64,000 nucleotides of DNA from assembly GCA_012295275.1 (NCBI GenBank), contig CM022673.1, positions 10,788,001-10,852,000 of the forward strand, written 5' to 3'. The DNA comes from Chrysomallon squamiferum (Eukaryota > Animalia > Mollusca). The position numbers and the translations under genes are program-made. Within the stretch, counting starts at the first letter, position 1; each line of letters starts with the position of its first letter. The notes beneath the pieces are model-generated. The model made no database searches. It had not been told where the DNA came from and saw only the letters and a program-made list of their open reading frames with translations. Below, in pieces: positions 1 through 15,204 of the stretch.

Positions 1-110
1 AAAATAAATATATTTCTTATTGTTATAGTTTATTTTTAAAATAAATATGTTTATCAGGGCCTATGATGCTTGAAATTTTGCTTTATCACGTTTCAGATAG
101 TACTTAATGC

Positions 111-155
<45 letters not shown>

Positions 156-2570
156 ATAATAAGAATAATAACAACAATAACAATAATAATAATAAAACAT
201 AAATAAATATTACCACCAATAACAATAAACTACTGGTAACAATGACATGTACATATTTCACACAAACAATGCAGATAAATTAAGACTATGCAAAATTTTA
301 CCTAACAGTGCAGATATTTAATCAAAACATCTCTATATTCATATATACATAACAATAGGGTTATATATATAAAAAATAATAATAAGAAAAATAAAATAAA
401 AAAAAGATACATAAGCCAGTTTTATATACATAAAGGAAGAAATTTTGTGCATAAATCAAAACAATAACAAATAAAAATTCACCTAGATACAGCTGTAATA
501 AAAAAAAATGCTTTGAAGGAAAGCTGAATCAGTCTTGATTCTACAATGCTGAATCAAAAATGTAATAGTAATATTTTGTAATACAATATTTATAAACAAT
601 ATCATTATATTCAGTACTGTTCTTAATATAAAAAGCCATCAAAATTTTAATAATTCAAACGTTAATGATTCAAAAAGGATAAATAAATAATCATCCATTT
701 AGTAAGTGAATGAAAGAAAAGCATGTTTTTGATGTTAACTTTATGCAAAACAAATATGATCACTTTCAAGTAAAACAGTAAACAAAAACTCCACTTACAT
801 CATTGACTGTTGATATAATTCAGTCATTAAAAAATGAACAACAACAAAACATATCCACAAAACTAAACCAAGACAGATAATCCAATTATTATTATTATTA
901 TTTAAGTTTATTTACTAGTTTAATTTAAAATACAAGTATACTGGGGAAGGGACTAGTATGTTAAAAGAGCTTGCCAACATTAAACAGATCATAGGCTGTT
1001 AATTTAAAAGTGTATCTAAATTTTAATGAACAAATTAAATATTTGTTGTTGTTCTTAAATGCTTTCATGTAATAATTTTATTAGTATTTTTAATATGAGT
1101 GCTTGCTTATAATAAAATTGGAAAAAAAAAAAAAAAAAAAAAATAAAAATAAAATAAAATAAATAAATAAATAAACAAATAAATAAAAAATATGAAGACA
1201 TATTTCCTGTCATTAGTTTTTGGTTAGTGACATCATTTTTTATACAGAAGTGTTTTCTTATTTTTGTTATAATTAAATATGAAATGCTGTCTCATGGACT
1301 TGCTACACTTTATTATTATGAAAGGATAAGGTCAGTTAATAAAACAACTACATATTACATGAAACATTTTAGATTGTTTACTTACGCCATCTTAGCTACA
1401 CTTTAAAATTAACTCACCACATTTCACAGATTATATTCATTACTAAAAGACAATAAATCTGACAGATATTAACAAGTGTTATATATTTAATAATGTAGAA
1501 TATTTACCTATATATATATATATATATATATATAGAAACACCAACTGCTTACAATATACACGAACTGATACTTACAAAACTATATTTATATTAATAGATT
1601 AATGTATATGGTATAATAATAATAATAAAAAAATTCTGTAGATTAAACATTAAGGTATATGAATTAATCACTGCAAAAATTATTTTAAAAAATTATCCCA
1701 ATAATAATAATAATAATAATAATAATAATTATAATTATAATAACAAAATTTAACAAAAAGTTTATATACATGTTTATATATACATAAAACAAATAAATAA
1801 ATACGTAAGTCACCACAAATATTATTTTTCAAAAACATCCCAATCTACACATCTAGAAATGAAAGCTTACATTAAAATGATTCAATCTAAAGGTTACCAC
1901 TTTTCAGTATCTTACTTGTTATATTAATAAAAAATTAACTGCAGAAATATGAATTAAAAGAAATAGCACAAGAACTGAAATTACTGTTGGACCCTTTGTA
2001 CACTTAATCACACACAGAAATAATAAAAAAAAATATATATATATATACACATATACACATACACAGAATGACAGACTTAAAAGAGTATGTTCAAATTTGC
2101 ATTTTTTAAAGAATGTTCTGCAAATCTGAAATTTACTCTATATAAATTTAACTACAAATTTGACAACAACAGTCAGAATTAAAAAAAAAAAAAAAAACTA
2201 CTTATTAGAAAAAAAAAATTGTTTATTAATATATGATAATAAACAAATTTTAAAATATTCCAAAAACAAAAACATAAACATTTATTAACTTGCTTATGAA
2301 TATTCATGACTACTGTTTACACAAAACTGAGAACAAATATGAACATCACAACAGTTAAATATAATTTACATAATAACTAAACTTAAATAACAATTTAAAT
2401 TCACAACTTTTAACTCTAATTTAAATTAGAATAGAAGATAAGCTTACAGATATATAAATTTTTTAAATCTATTATAATTGCTATGGATTACAAAAAGTGG
2501 ATACATCAAAAGTATATGATATTCCTATTTGGTTATTTTTTGTTTTTTTGTTTTTTCTGTGTTATTACAA

Positions 2571-2800
2571 TTCATGAAAAAAAAATGTGTAATATATCTG
2601 AGATACGTGACAAGAAATCTAGCTTGGATGCTTTTGTTTTCATATCAAAGAGTTCATGAAAAATACTGGAAATGTATGTCAGGGATTTGTCAAGCATTCT
2701 AGCTTCTGTGCTTTTGTTTTCAGGCTCATAAAAAGTTCTTGAAAAATACTCGAACTATCTCTAAGCAATTTGACAAACATCACTTTATGCTTTTGTTTTA
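2571..2800. repeat. Degenerate tandem repeat, about 80 bp x3
   Basis: Recurring TTC(A/T)TGAAAAA ... CAA ... TGCTTTTGTTTT at about 80-bp spacing. Confidence 0.65.
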
Positions 2801-5459
2801 ACTGTTATTAATGAGCTTTCATGGGCATTGTCATTTAATAAGCATGTTTGCACCAATGTTTATAATTATTATTATCATTATCGTAAGATCTCAGCAATAA
2901 AATCAAGTCATTTAAGAAGCTGCTAACTTGTACACCAATGTTAATATGGTGAAAGAAAATGAAAAAGGATAAACACAAAGGCCAGTATTTCATAATCTGT
3001 TACCAAACAAGATGGCACTGAGATCCAGCATATTCTGTTCATGGAGATTTGCAAAAATCCTGCAGTAATTAGCACAGATCAGTTAGACATACCTTTCAGT
3101 CTTTCAGGGTTGGTGTTAGGAATATTGCACAAGTTATGAAGTAGCAGTTTGTCTCAGTATAATCAATCAAGAAGTTCTAACAACATGGGTGCTCTGAGGT
3201 TGAGAGGTTTTTTTTTTTTGTAAGATCTATCTAAGATGTCATGCAGTACTAAGTCTAGAATGAGTTATCTTCTGGAGACATGAAAATCCAGAACTAAATA
3301 ACAATCATTTGTATTCTTCATAACATGAATGGGAAAATTGTTGGCTGATAAAAAATAACTGAAAGAAAATCATGAACAGCTGCACCAAATCCACATTTAC
3401 TGTCCAACTGGTTAATTAAACAGTTTTGTTGGATCAGAATTAACCAGGTCATCCATCAAACTATGTAACAGTTCTAAATGACAGATAGTGGTATCATCCA
3501 CCACAATGCACCACTAAACTTGCAAAAACAAAAGGAAACTGTTCAGTTGCATCTATGTCTTCTTCTTCTTCCTGACATATTTCTCTCTAGAATTCTCAAC
3601 ACAGAATTTTCTGTCTGCTGAAAACTGTATTTAAGTACATTACCTGTAATTCTGGTTGTGCAATAAGCTGATGTAACTATATATCGTCATCGCTGGAGAA
3701 TTAACTAGTCAGGCCAACAGGATGTCAGTTTAGTTGATTCATTGTTAGGGATTGTCGAACTGTCTTAACATATCAAAGCCACAGACAATAATCTTCAGAT
3801 TCTTAAGAGCCACAAGACATAATTATTAACTTAATTCAGTAATTAATTTAAATGTGCTCCAGCAACATATTTTCTCAAGATACATATTAATGTCAAACAG
3901 CCACATTATCATTCAAAAGCTAGTTTACAAAATACAATATCATTTAACTTGGGTAATTGGCAATATTCAAATGCATGATAAAATTTTCAAGAACTAATAT
4001 TTATTTTAGTTCTAGTGCAAAAATACTGAATACTCATAATTAAATCATGTAAAAAGAAATGAAAAGAAAGAAAATATAGAATTGAAAATTAAATTAACAA
4101 TTATTTATTTATATGTTTACTTAATTAATTATGATCATGAAATAAATTACTGTTTACGTAGAGCTTTTATTACTTTTTATTAACATTATTGATTCACTGA
4201 CCAAAGCACTTAACTTTTGTAATTAAATATTTATTACTTTAATAAACAAATTTCAGTACTATTGTAAATTTATGTCTACTTGAAAAATAAAATTCAAAAT
4301 AGGTGTAAAAAGACTACACAGCTAAGTACGTAAAAGTACACATTTAAATATGTGGATACTGCATATAAACATATACACATAAACTTTATATATTTCTAAA
4401 TACACGAAATCTACTTACATCTAAAAACATAAGCTTACAAACATCTAAATATTTAATTATACATACTGTGAAAACTATACACAGTAAACTGGGGGCAATA
4501 TGCTAACATCAAAATACAGTCAGTGCCAAAAAAACGTAACAATAATTTATATAACAGCATATACATAAACAATGGCATATGATGATTCATGAAATTCCCT
4601 TGTACCAGCTTTCAAGCTATAAAGGCCAAGAAAAATGATCAGTCAATGCCATACAACGGTGTCATGCTATTTCAGTTACCGTATAGACATTTTTACTTGA
4701 CTGTCCTGCAAAAATTGGCATCACCAAAGACCGAACATGAATTATTGTCATCAACATGTCATTGGATTATACAGGATAATTTCATACAGCAAATGAAGTC
4801 TTGAACAAAACAAATAAGTATTTTGAAATCACCATTTTGCAATGACTAGCATCACTGAGGATTACACAGTCAATGAAATCTTGTGTGAAATTTGATACCA
4901 TCATATTGCAATGTCTGGTGTCAGTTATGATCCAATCTGAATAATTTGAATTAGACAGAGGGTATCAGAAAGCTTATGAAATCTTAAGCAATACAATTAC
5001 ATTTGCATTATCAAAAAAACAACAAAAAACAATCTCTGATTGATAATAATACAGAACTCTTTTGAATAAAAAAATCTTTCATGATGGTTCTCTTTGCATC
5101 TGTAGTCCTGTGAATGTCCTGTGAGATTTTTACTTCCGTGCAATTATATATAATCCTGTTGTTTACCAAACATCAAAATTCTTGACTAATATGGTTTTGG
5201 ATCTGTACTCATACTAATATTACATGGCCATTTATGATTTAATCCTGTGCTGACAGTTTTAATAAAACTATTATCTTTCTCCTCGGCATCATGTATTGTT
5301 TGAAATATTCTCTTCTTTTTTCCCCACTTTGGACTCTTTTGAAAAATGGTCATTTATGCACTGTCATATGGCATTACTGATTAATGTATCAAGGCCTTTA
5401 TATTTCAAGCTTAAGTTATTTACTAGTAAATACAATGATAACTGTTGCAGACCTGATTG

Positions 5460-5569
5460 CAGACTCCACTAAACTTTGTGCTTGGCTAAATAATTGTCGC
5501 AGATTCTACTAAACTTAGTGCTTGGCTAAATAATTGTCGCAGATTCTACTAAACTTGGTGCTTGGCTAA
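5460..5569. repeat. 40-bp tandem repeat, about 2.7 copies, in the proximal Bcl-2-like 3' UTR
   Basis: Unit CAGATTCTACTAAACTT(A/G/T)GTGCTTGGCTAAATAATTGTCG with near-identical copies. Confidence 0.85.
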
Positions 5570-5609
5570 TAAAAAAAAAAGGGGAGGCAACTGGATCCTA
5601 GCGACTGTT

Positions 5610-5750
5610 TCATGATTTCTGAGTCAATATGGCACCAAGTGTCAAAACTCCGATAGCCCCTGCTGCGTAGCCACAAATCTGCTTCAAACTTGGCCACGGA
5701 CTTTCGTTTCTTCTTTCAGGTCCCTGTGCATAGAACTCCACAAAGCCATC
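5610..5750 (-). CDS. Bcl-2-like coding exon 2 (end of BH2 and transmembrane tail)
   Basis: Not in the ORF track in this frame. Read manually: ag|GAT GGC TTT GTG GAG TTC TAT ... AAA TCA TGA, 141 nt. Confidence 0.9.
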   Translation of the reverse strand, partial: DGFVEFYAQGPERRNESPWPSLKQICGYAAGAIGVLTLGAILTQKS

Positions 5751-5755
5751 CTATA

Positions 5756-5818
<63 letters not shown>

Positions 5819-5977
5819 TAATAATAATAAAAATAATAATAACAATAATAATAATAATAATAACAACAACAATAATAATAATAATCCTGTAATATTAATA
5901 ATAATAATAAAAAAATAATAATAATACAAAAAATAATAATAATAAAAATAATAATAACAATAATAATAATAATAATC

Positions 5978-6016
<39 letters not shown>

Positions 6017-7857
6017 CAACAATAATAATAATCCTGTAATAATAATAATGATAATAATAATAAAAATAATTATAAAAATAATAATAATAATAAAAGCAAT
6101 AACAATAACGGCATTAATAATGAAAAGATAATAATGAAGAAGAAAAACAAGAGGAGAATTTTCAAACACAGTATTTTAATGAAAAAAAAATGTATATAAT
6201 AATAATAATAATAAATTGTTCAGACTTTTTAAAAATGTTTTAACAATAAAGTCTAAAAGCAAAAGCAAAAAAAATTATAAATGAATGTAAAAACTTTATT
6301 ACATTAACATAAAAATTTAAGCATCTGTTGCTGTTTTATACTTCAAATGTAAAAAAAAAAAAAAAAATTTAAAAATTATTATGAAAACAGCTTCTGCTAC
6401 ATTTTATTTTAAGTTAATCAATAAAGTTTGAAATGTATGAAATTAAACTGATTATATTTCAATATTTATAAGCCTGCTTTTTCCAGATTAATCTTAGGGA
6501 TAAAAATAAAATAAATAAAAGGTACAAAAAAAAGAAAGAAAATGTATATGTATATATATATATATATAGACAGACATGATTTACAGTCTACAGCAGATGT
6601 TAGTGCTTAAAGAAATATCAATAAAAAATAATTAAGGAAAAAGTATTTTCTATTAAGTTAAAACATTAATGCTTTTCTTAAATGTACAAACAAGTCTCCA
6701 ATAATTTAAAATAATAATTTAAAATAAATAGAAACTAAACATAATTCTGCACTCAGAAATACAATTCAATTAAAGGAAAACATTTTTTAATTCTTTATTT
6801 TTAAATTTAATAATTATTAGTTAAATATTCATCTACAGTTATACACACATATATGGACACTTATGTATGTACACTAGCTCACAATTCATACATCTATTTC
6901 AGTCTAATAACTATTCTTTATCGGTTTTCATCTACTCATAAATTGGAAACCACATGCCACTGCCTGTATAATTTATAAGTTTTGAGGTGTAGGTTGGAAT
7001 GGGAAAAATGTGTGTGGTTGCAAATATGAGTATAACTCCAACACTGAACTACTTTCAAAATGCAGTTTCAAAGGTGTTTAACATAATCCTAGGTTTTTCT
7101 AGTCAATTACTGATAAACAAATTAATAAAAATAATTAATTTACGTACAACATTAATGATATTAAAACCATTCTATTTTATTAAAAACTCTGTCATTTTAA
7201 AATAATGTCATCTTGTAAGATAAAATTGATTATCCATACAAAAGAAAACTGAGTTATCTTTCTTTTTTTTCTCCATAAATGGCTAATTTTCTGCTGACAA
7301 AGCACACTGGGCGATTTTTCCCGCCAATCCTCTCGTTTCCTAATATAGTAACAGGTCTCCATGTGCCCAGCAACCACAAAATCAATACAAATTTTTTATT
7401 TTAATTGTATACTGCAGAAGGGGGAGGCAGAGAATTTCCTGCATATGGCTCAATCATCTGAACAACTGACCATCTAAACAGCATCCCCAGACAGTCAAAT
7501 TATTCTCCATGATGGTGAAACTGAAGCAGATGAACAAAATACCAAAATTAACCAATGAGTAACAAGACGAGATTCTAGATCGCAGTAAGAGGAAAAATTT
7601 CCCACGACCTTTATCAGATGACCTTGACCTTTTCCCGCCTCCACATATCCCGCTCTTTAATCATTCACTTTGCAGGAATATTTGCACAGAAATCAATACT
7701 GCTATCAATCAGTGAAGAAGTAGTCTCACAGACTTGATCGAGGCACAATGGGCCTTTGTGGGCTCTGTGAGTGTGATAAGAGTGTTTTGTGTGTGTGTGA
7801 AAGTGTGTGATAAGTGTTTTTGTGTGTGTGTGTGTGTGTGTGTATATGGTAAGAGTG

Positions 7858-7889
<32 letters not shown>

Positions 7890-7911
7890 AGTGATAAGTG
7901 TGTGATAAGTG

Positions 7912-7954
<43 letters not shown>

Positions 7955-8002
7955 TGTGTGATAAGTTTTGTGTGTGTGTGTGTGTGTGTGTATATGGTAA
8001 TG

Positions 8003-8054
<52 letters not shown>

Positions 8055-10843
8055 TGTGTGATAAGTGTTTTTGTGTGTGTGTGTGTGTGTGTGTGTATAT
8101 GGTAAGAGTGTTTTTGTGTGTGTGTGTGAGAAAATGTGTGATAAGTGTTTTGTGTGTGTGCGAAAGTATGTGATAAGAGTGTTTTTGTGTGTGTGTGTGA
8201 AAGTGTGATAAGTGTTTTGTGTGTGTGTGTATGTGTGTGATAAGTGTTTTGTGAGTGTGTGTGAGAAAGTGTGTGTGCGTGTGTAAGTGTGTGATAAGTG
8301 TTTTGTGTGTGTGCATGAGAAAGTGTGATAAGAGTGTTTTGTGTGCATGTTTGAGAAAGTGCGATGAGTGTATTGTGTGTGTGCATGCATGTGTGTGTGT
8401 GAAAATGTGTGATAAGAGTGTTTTGTGTGTGTGAAAGTGTGTGATAAGAGTGTGTTTGTGTGCATTATTAGAGTATTTGTGTGTATGTATGTGTTTGTGT
8501 GTGCATTATTAGAGTATTTGTGTGTGTGTGTGTGTGTTTGAGGGTGTATGTGTATGTTTGTGTGTGAGAGTGATAAGAATGTGTTTGTGTGCGTTATTAG
8601 AGTATTTTTGTGTGTGTGTGCGTGTGAGTGTGTGTGATAAGTGTGTTTGTGTGTCTGTGTGTGTTCATTGGGTGTGCTATAAGTTTCTGGGTTTTTTTTA
8701 AAAAGTGTATGTATGTACAGTTGTTTGGGCATCTGTTTCATAATTTGTATTCATGTATAATAAGAATGCGACAGTACACGAGTATATCAGTCTGTATTTT
8801 GTTCGCACACACAAACACACACATACATATATACTCATTTTTATGCCTTTGCAATCTATTATAAACTTGAAGAGTATAAATTTATGTACCTATGTGTATA
8901 TCTCTCAGGTGTGCAACTAGTAATATCTCTAGTGTTTTCACTGTTAAGACATTTTACAAAAACAAAAGGAGAAAATTTTAGTTTTAAGATAACATCATTT
9001 TTTTTTACTCCCATTACTATACGGTGTTTCTTTCATGTCATCTGTAAAGTTGCAAAATAATCTACGGATGTTGTATTTATATCTATATATATTTTTTAAT
9101 TTCTTTTCTGGTTTTGTTTGTTTGTTTATTTATTCATTTATTATTTCTTTATTTCTTTATTTAGTTTTTTCTTTTTTTATTATTTGATTATTTTATATTT
9201 ATTTGTTTACTTACTTACTTACTTGTTTACTTAGTTGTTTTTTTTTTACCTACTTACGTCATTATTTTATTTATTTATCTGTTTATTTATTCAGTCCATC
9301 CACATAAGAAGGAATGTAGTAATAACAAAAATGGGACAGGTAACTTCAACCGAGATTACCACCTCCAGTTCTTAAATCAGTTCTACCTGCAAATACCAGT
9401 GTTTACCTGTAACAGGTACACCTTATTATGTTATCCGAGTGATTCTGGCATTTTGCCAGCTGAGTAAACTCTATATATATATATATACATACACACTCAA
9501 CCCTGAGAGTTTTGTTGTACTGTGAGGCCAAACATTTTGAAACAATGCCAGAAGTTTTCTGTTCAAATAATAAATTATGTTTGTTTGCTTTGGAGATTTT
9601 CTTTGATGATTAGTACAATTTACAAATCATTTCACTTCAAAACATTAAAAAATTAATGAATGGATGGATGGATAGACAAATAAACAGATAGAAGATGGAT
9701 GGATGGATGGATGGACAGACAGGGGCAGATAAGTTGATATATATAAACGGATAACTGTATATGTATGTGTCAACATACATGCCACATATCTATCTACCTA
9801 TCTATCTCTCTATATATACAGATAAATAGATATATATTGATATATATATATATATATGTATTACTTTTCTATATATACTTGGTTAGTGTTACCAATTTAT
9901 GTTTGTATATTAGATTAAGTTCATAATCAAAATGTACACACTATTTTGCTGTGCCATCCATTTCAAAAAGATGACCTGAATCGTGAGAAATATAATTACC
10001 TATGTATGGTAATAGTGGTGAACATATTTTTACTTATTTTATTTTATTTGTTAGTAGTTACTTCTTTTTTCTTTACTGTAAGTCTAGGAAGAAAATAAAG
10101 CATTTTATTTTTCAATTTAATGTGTTATTTTTTTTGTATTATTATTATTATTATTGTCTTTTTATTTATTAAAAAAAATTAAAATTAAATAAATCAAATT
10201 TCAAAAGTAAATATTAATCAATATATTAATTTAAACTAAACAATTTTTCTTTTTTTTTTTCTTAATCATGGACTAAAGTACTGAAAAAATATTGATTTAA
10301 AATAAATAAATAAATATTAATACTTAAAAACAAAACAAAAATTATAAACAAAACAACATGTAGTAACATTCTAATTATTATTTTAAATAAATCTGGTATG
10401 TAAAAATTTTAAATAATTTAATAAATAAGATCAAAAATTTGTTTAATTCTAAACAAATAATACGAATGGGCAATATTCTACATTTAGCCACAAACTCCTT
10501 CACCTTTTTGGCATTACTTCAGATATTCTGAATAAACTTATCTGTGTCAGTATGTTCATGGATCTGTGATCTGTTCGCTTAAATGTCTAAAGAATTCCTA
10601 CTGAGAACACTCCCACATTAAATATTTTATAGGAATCCAGCAATCCATGAAATATCACCTATCTGTTTGACGCAAGGAATGCAAGGTTATCAAGTTTTCT
10701 TAGCAGGTTTGGACGTCTTCCTTTTAACTTTAGTATCAGTGTGAAGAGTGGAAAATAAAATAAAAAATAAAATAAAATAAAATAAAATAAATAACAAAAA
10801 ATTAATAAAAAATAAAAAAGTAAAATAAATAATTAATAAAATA

Positions 10844-10874
<31 letters not shown>

Positions 10875-11463
10875 AAATAAATAAATAAATTTAAATAAAT
10901 AAATAAATAAAGTAACACAGTATAAATTCATTTAAATCAAAATAAACAAAATGTTAAATTTAATTTTAATTTGTGACAGATAAATTAATATACTGGACTG
11001 AAATTAAGTCTGTTTTTCCCTTACGTATAAAATTAATAAAATTCTTCATCAAGTCTAAACCATTTAAATAACATTATATCTGAACACTGGCAGTTAAATA
11101 CAGGGAAAACTTCTCTTTTTTTTTAAATAAAAAATAAAAAAAATGATTTCATAAATCCAACAGCATTTTTTGCCAACTTTAAAAATACGTATTTCTGCAT
11201 GATCAAATTTTCAAATCTAAAAATAAATATAACAGACATAAATTCTGTGTAAGTTATTTTTACAAATACAACTGAGGTAATGGTATTCTGCAACAAAACC
11301 AAAATAAGAGCAAATTACCACAAAACAATTTGCCACATTGTTTTCAAATGTCAAAGTAATTGTGAATGTTGAGATCAATGTCACACTGATACTAATATCA
11401 CAGAGAACCATAAGTGATCCCTGCTTCATGATGATGATGATGGTAACAACAACAACAATAACT

Positions 11464-11495
<32 letters not shown>

Positions 11496-11541
11496 AATAA
11501 TAATAATTGCTAATAATAATAGTAATAGTTAACAGTAATAA

Positions 11542-11582
<41 letters not shown>

Positions 11583-13021
11583 TTTTTTTTATAAAATACA
11601 AAAATATACACAATATAATGACATTATATATATTTATGTTCTGTATAAATATTTGGTGTTGATTGCTATCAAGAAACACTAGACTGTAACCATAGGGCAC
11701 ACATGACAATGAGTTTCTCTGTTAGTGTGACAATCACATGAAAATGAGGTTTTAAAGATTTTTAACAACACAGTCAGCACCAGATGCTCTGTAGAACATC
11801 TGGAAAATATCCAATGAATAAATGAAATGGTATTTGTGACAACTCAAAGCATTTTTATATTAAATTATTAATAGCTATGTGATCTGTAATGGCAGGATAA
11901 GAAAATAAAGACACATACAACACACATACATTCACATATATATTTTACACACACCTTCATATATATATAATATATATATTACATACATATATACATACAT
12001 ATAAACATATATACATACATTTATACATACATACACACATTCATATTCAAATACTAACACTGACATACAGAGACACAGTTACATACATGTTTTCCTTTTC
12101 ATATTTTTTAATAACAGTAGTCAGTAACATCATAAAAACAAACACCTATGAAAATTTGATCTTGCTACCTCTCATTCCAAAGTCAGGCACTCTAACAACA
12201 CATCAGAATGTATTCCAGCAAAGACAAAGAATTAAAAACGTTCTGAAAAGAAATACAAATTGTTTCTGTCAAAGTTGAAGCTCCAGTCATAATCTATGAA
12301 AAACAAAAATGAAGAAAGGTTTCAAGCGTTTAAAAAATAATATTAATAATAATAATTGTTTCTGACTCCATAAAAGCTTTTTACTTAAAAGTAAAAGGAT
12401 TAAAGGCCTGAGGACCACATAAATTCAAAACTCAAATTAGTCTTTCAAGTTGAGGACACCTGTGTGTTTCTGTTTGTTTGGTTCCTTTATGGCCTAAAGC
12501 ATCACAAAATGTTGTCTGTATAGTTTCTAAAATTAAAAAACCTAAGGTCATTCATCTTTAAAAGATTTTCCCCATAATGTATTTGTATCAGCCAAATCAG
12601 CTTTTATTTGTTTGTTTATATATTTATTTTTGAATAAGTGATCAACAACTCCAACAATTAAATGCTGATCTTTATTTGAACTGAAAAGGTGACCTTGGAG
12701 AATATAATAAAAATATAATTAACATATACATAGGCTCAAACATATACAAAATTATAATAAATAATATATTCGTGAGCACACAAGTGCATGCATTTAAATA
12801 TTTGTTACACAAGTGGAGAAAACAAATATATAAACATACAATTGTCACACACACCACAACTTCATTCTCTTTCTTTCTGTCTGTATCTCTCTGACAAATA
12901 CATACATACATACATATATATTAAAAATACTTCTCTAACAAATAGTTTCTATTTCAGCCATCTTTCACATATATTTACAAAAACTCTCTCCTCACAAAAC
13001 TCTCTCTCTCTCTCTCTCCCT

Positions 13022-13062
<41 letters not shown>

Positions 13063-13586
13063 AAACTAAAATCTTCATCTAAATCACTAACAGGTCAGCC
13101 TGGCTTCTGACTACAGGTCAAACAAACTGGTTTCTTGCTAATGGTCAGTCTGGCACAACAACAATACCTAAATCAGTGTCTGGCCAGCTGTTCGTTATGT
13201 TATAGCACCTGGCAGCCTGGCAGCCAATGGGAAAATGATGATCACAAGACTTCATTAGGATGGTTCCTATTTTCATCACACTATGGCGGCTGTCAACCAG
13301 ACAAATTGTCTGGGTAAGCCAAGTTCACTTTCACTTGTTTATTACTGAGAAAACAGGTCAACCTGTCTGGTAGACATGGTGATATGTCTACAGCAAAAGC
13401 AATCCCTGAAAAAAATACTTCCGTGGCTTTGAAAATTTTGAGATGAACAAAATTATTTATGGTTGTTGTTTTGTATTTTAATCTGTTTGTAATTTGTAGT
13501 ATTTTGTAATTGTATTTTTAATATAAAAAAAAAAAAAAAAAAGAATATTTTATTATTCTTACTGTTATTGTTGTAAGTGTATGCTT

Positions 13587-13619
<33 letters not shown>

Positions 13620-14530
13620 AAAACATATTTCAGTCAAAAGAATGATGAAAATAAAAAATATATATAATAATTAACTGTTTACTAATTACATATCACATTT
13701 AGCCTTTCAAACTAGGTGTTTCACATCTACATAATATTACATTCTTACAAACAAACACAATCACTTTAAGCCAACATTTTTATAAATTTTAAATGGAATA
13801 TTGATAATTAAAATTATTGTGTTGTTTTAAGACAATGTCCAACTGTAAGTATTTTAACATAAGTTTGAAAATAAAAATTAACAAATAGAGTAATCATTTA
13901 AGACAACTGAAAAATAATTTAGCTTCTGGTGTCATGTGTGCTTTCTTTTTCTTTGTCATTTTTTTTACCTTCAGTTTCATTATAATTTTTAATCATTAAT
14001 ATTCCTTTTAAACTTAATATGTAACTATTTAGGACAAACAAAAAATAATTCTGCTTTAAGTTTTGTATGTCATCACTGGTTCTTGCTCTCAGTCATTTTG
14101 TCAAGTTCCACATATTTTTTTTCATTAACATTACCTCATTTAAACTTGGTATTCAGTTACTAAGACAACAGAAAAATGACTGTTATCCTGATTTCGTATG
14201 GCGTCACAAATTCTTGTTACTTTCAGTTTCAGTACAAAGAGGAAGGGAACTATTCTTGGAACTGTGCTGTTTCCGTTGGCATCTTTATTTAAGGGAGGCA
14301 GATTTGCCTGTAATTTTCCACTGGTAAAATACAGAAATGAGTAAAAGTAACGTGTGTTCCATTAATATCCACACATCATTTGATTAGATGAATCACGTGT
14401 AATCACACCTTGTGATATGTTAGTAACTATGGGCGATGGATTTTTTTTTGTGTTTTTTTTTAATAATTAAAGCAAGCCTCTATTTTTACTGCTGTGGTAC
14501 ATACGTATATACATGCATATATACATACAT

Positions 14531-14561
<31 letters not shown>

Positions 14562-15166
14562 CATTAAAATGCATATATTTAATTTATATATATGCATAAT
14601 ACGCATATATGTAAGTCTTTATATATACACACATACATACATACACATACACATACATACATACATACATATGCACACATAATAGATAAACATACAACAC
14701 TCTTATTATACTTAGAAACAGTAAGCTACAGGAAAATACTTGTCATTCAAGGAAGCAGTATCTATTTAAAAAAAATCTTTATTAACATAATAAGATTTGA
14801 AATTTAATTATTAAAATATTCAAGTGCATTGTGACTCACTCAAACATAGTTTCCTTGCAGAAGTGTTTAGTCACATTAATGTCCAACTGACAACCATGAA
14901 ATAACCTTTATTTCCTTAATATTTTTCCTTAATCTAGTGTCATGTTTTTATTTAGTGCTGAGAGATCAGAGGATCGATACTTATATCTATGTGGATTTAA
15001 GTTGGCAAAGATCATTAATGACCTCGCTGAAATAATAAATATTATTATTTTAATTTACAGCTGCAAGAGACCACCAGATCAAATATTATTCAATAGTATC
15101 AATATCTGACTTTACAAAAAATTTAAATCCGATTTCAATCATGACAACAGCAACATATATATATAT

Positions 15167-15204
<38 letters not shown>

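Noticed and set aside
5460-5569. Short regularly spaced repeats resembling a CRISPR array
   Set aside because: Head-to-tail tandem copies with no unique spacers, in a eukaryotic context with no cas genes.
5684-6169. 161-aa hydrophobic ORF overlapping Bcl-2-like exon 2
   Set aside because: Microsatellite translation in the wrong frame; the true exon frame reads DGFVEFY.
7665-8741. 358-aa His/Thr-rich ORF and overlapping ORFs
   Set aside because: Translation of the (CA)n compound satellite; open in several frames with no domain content.
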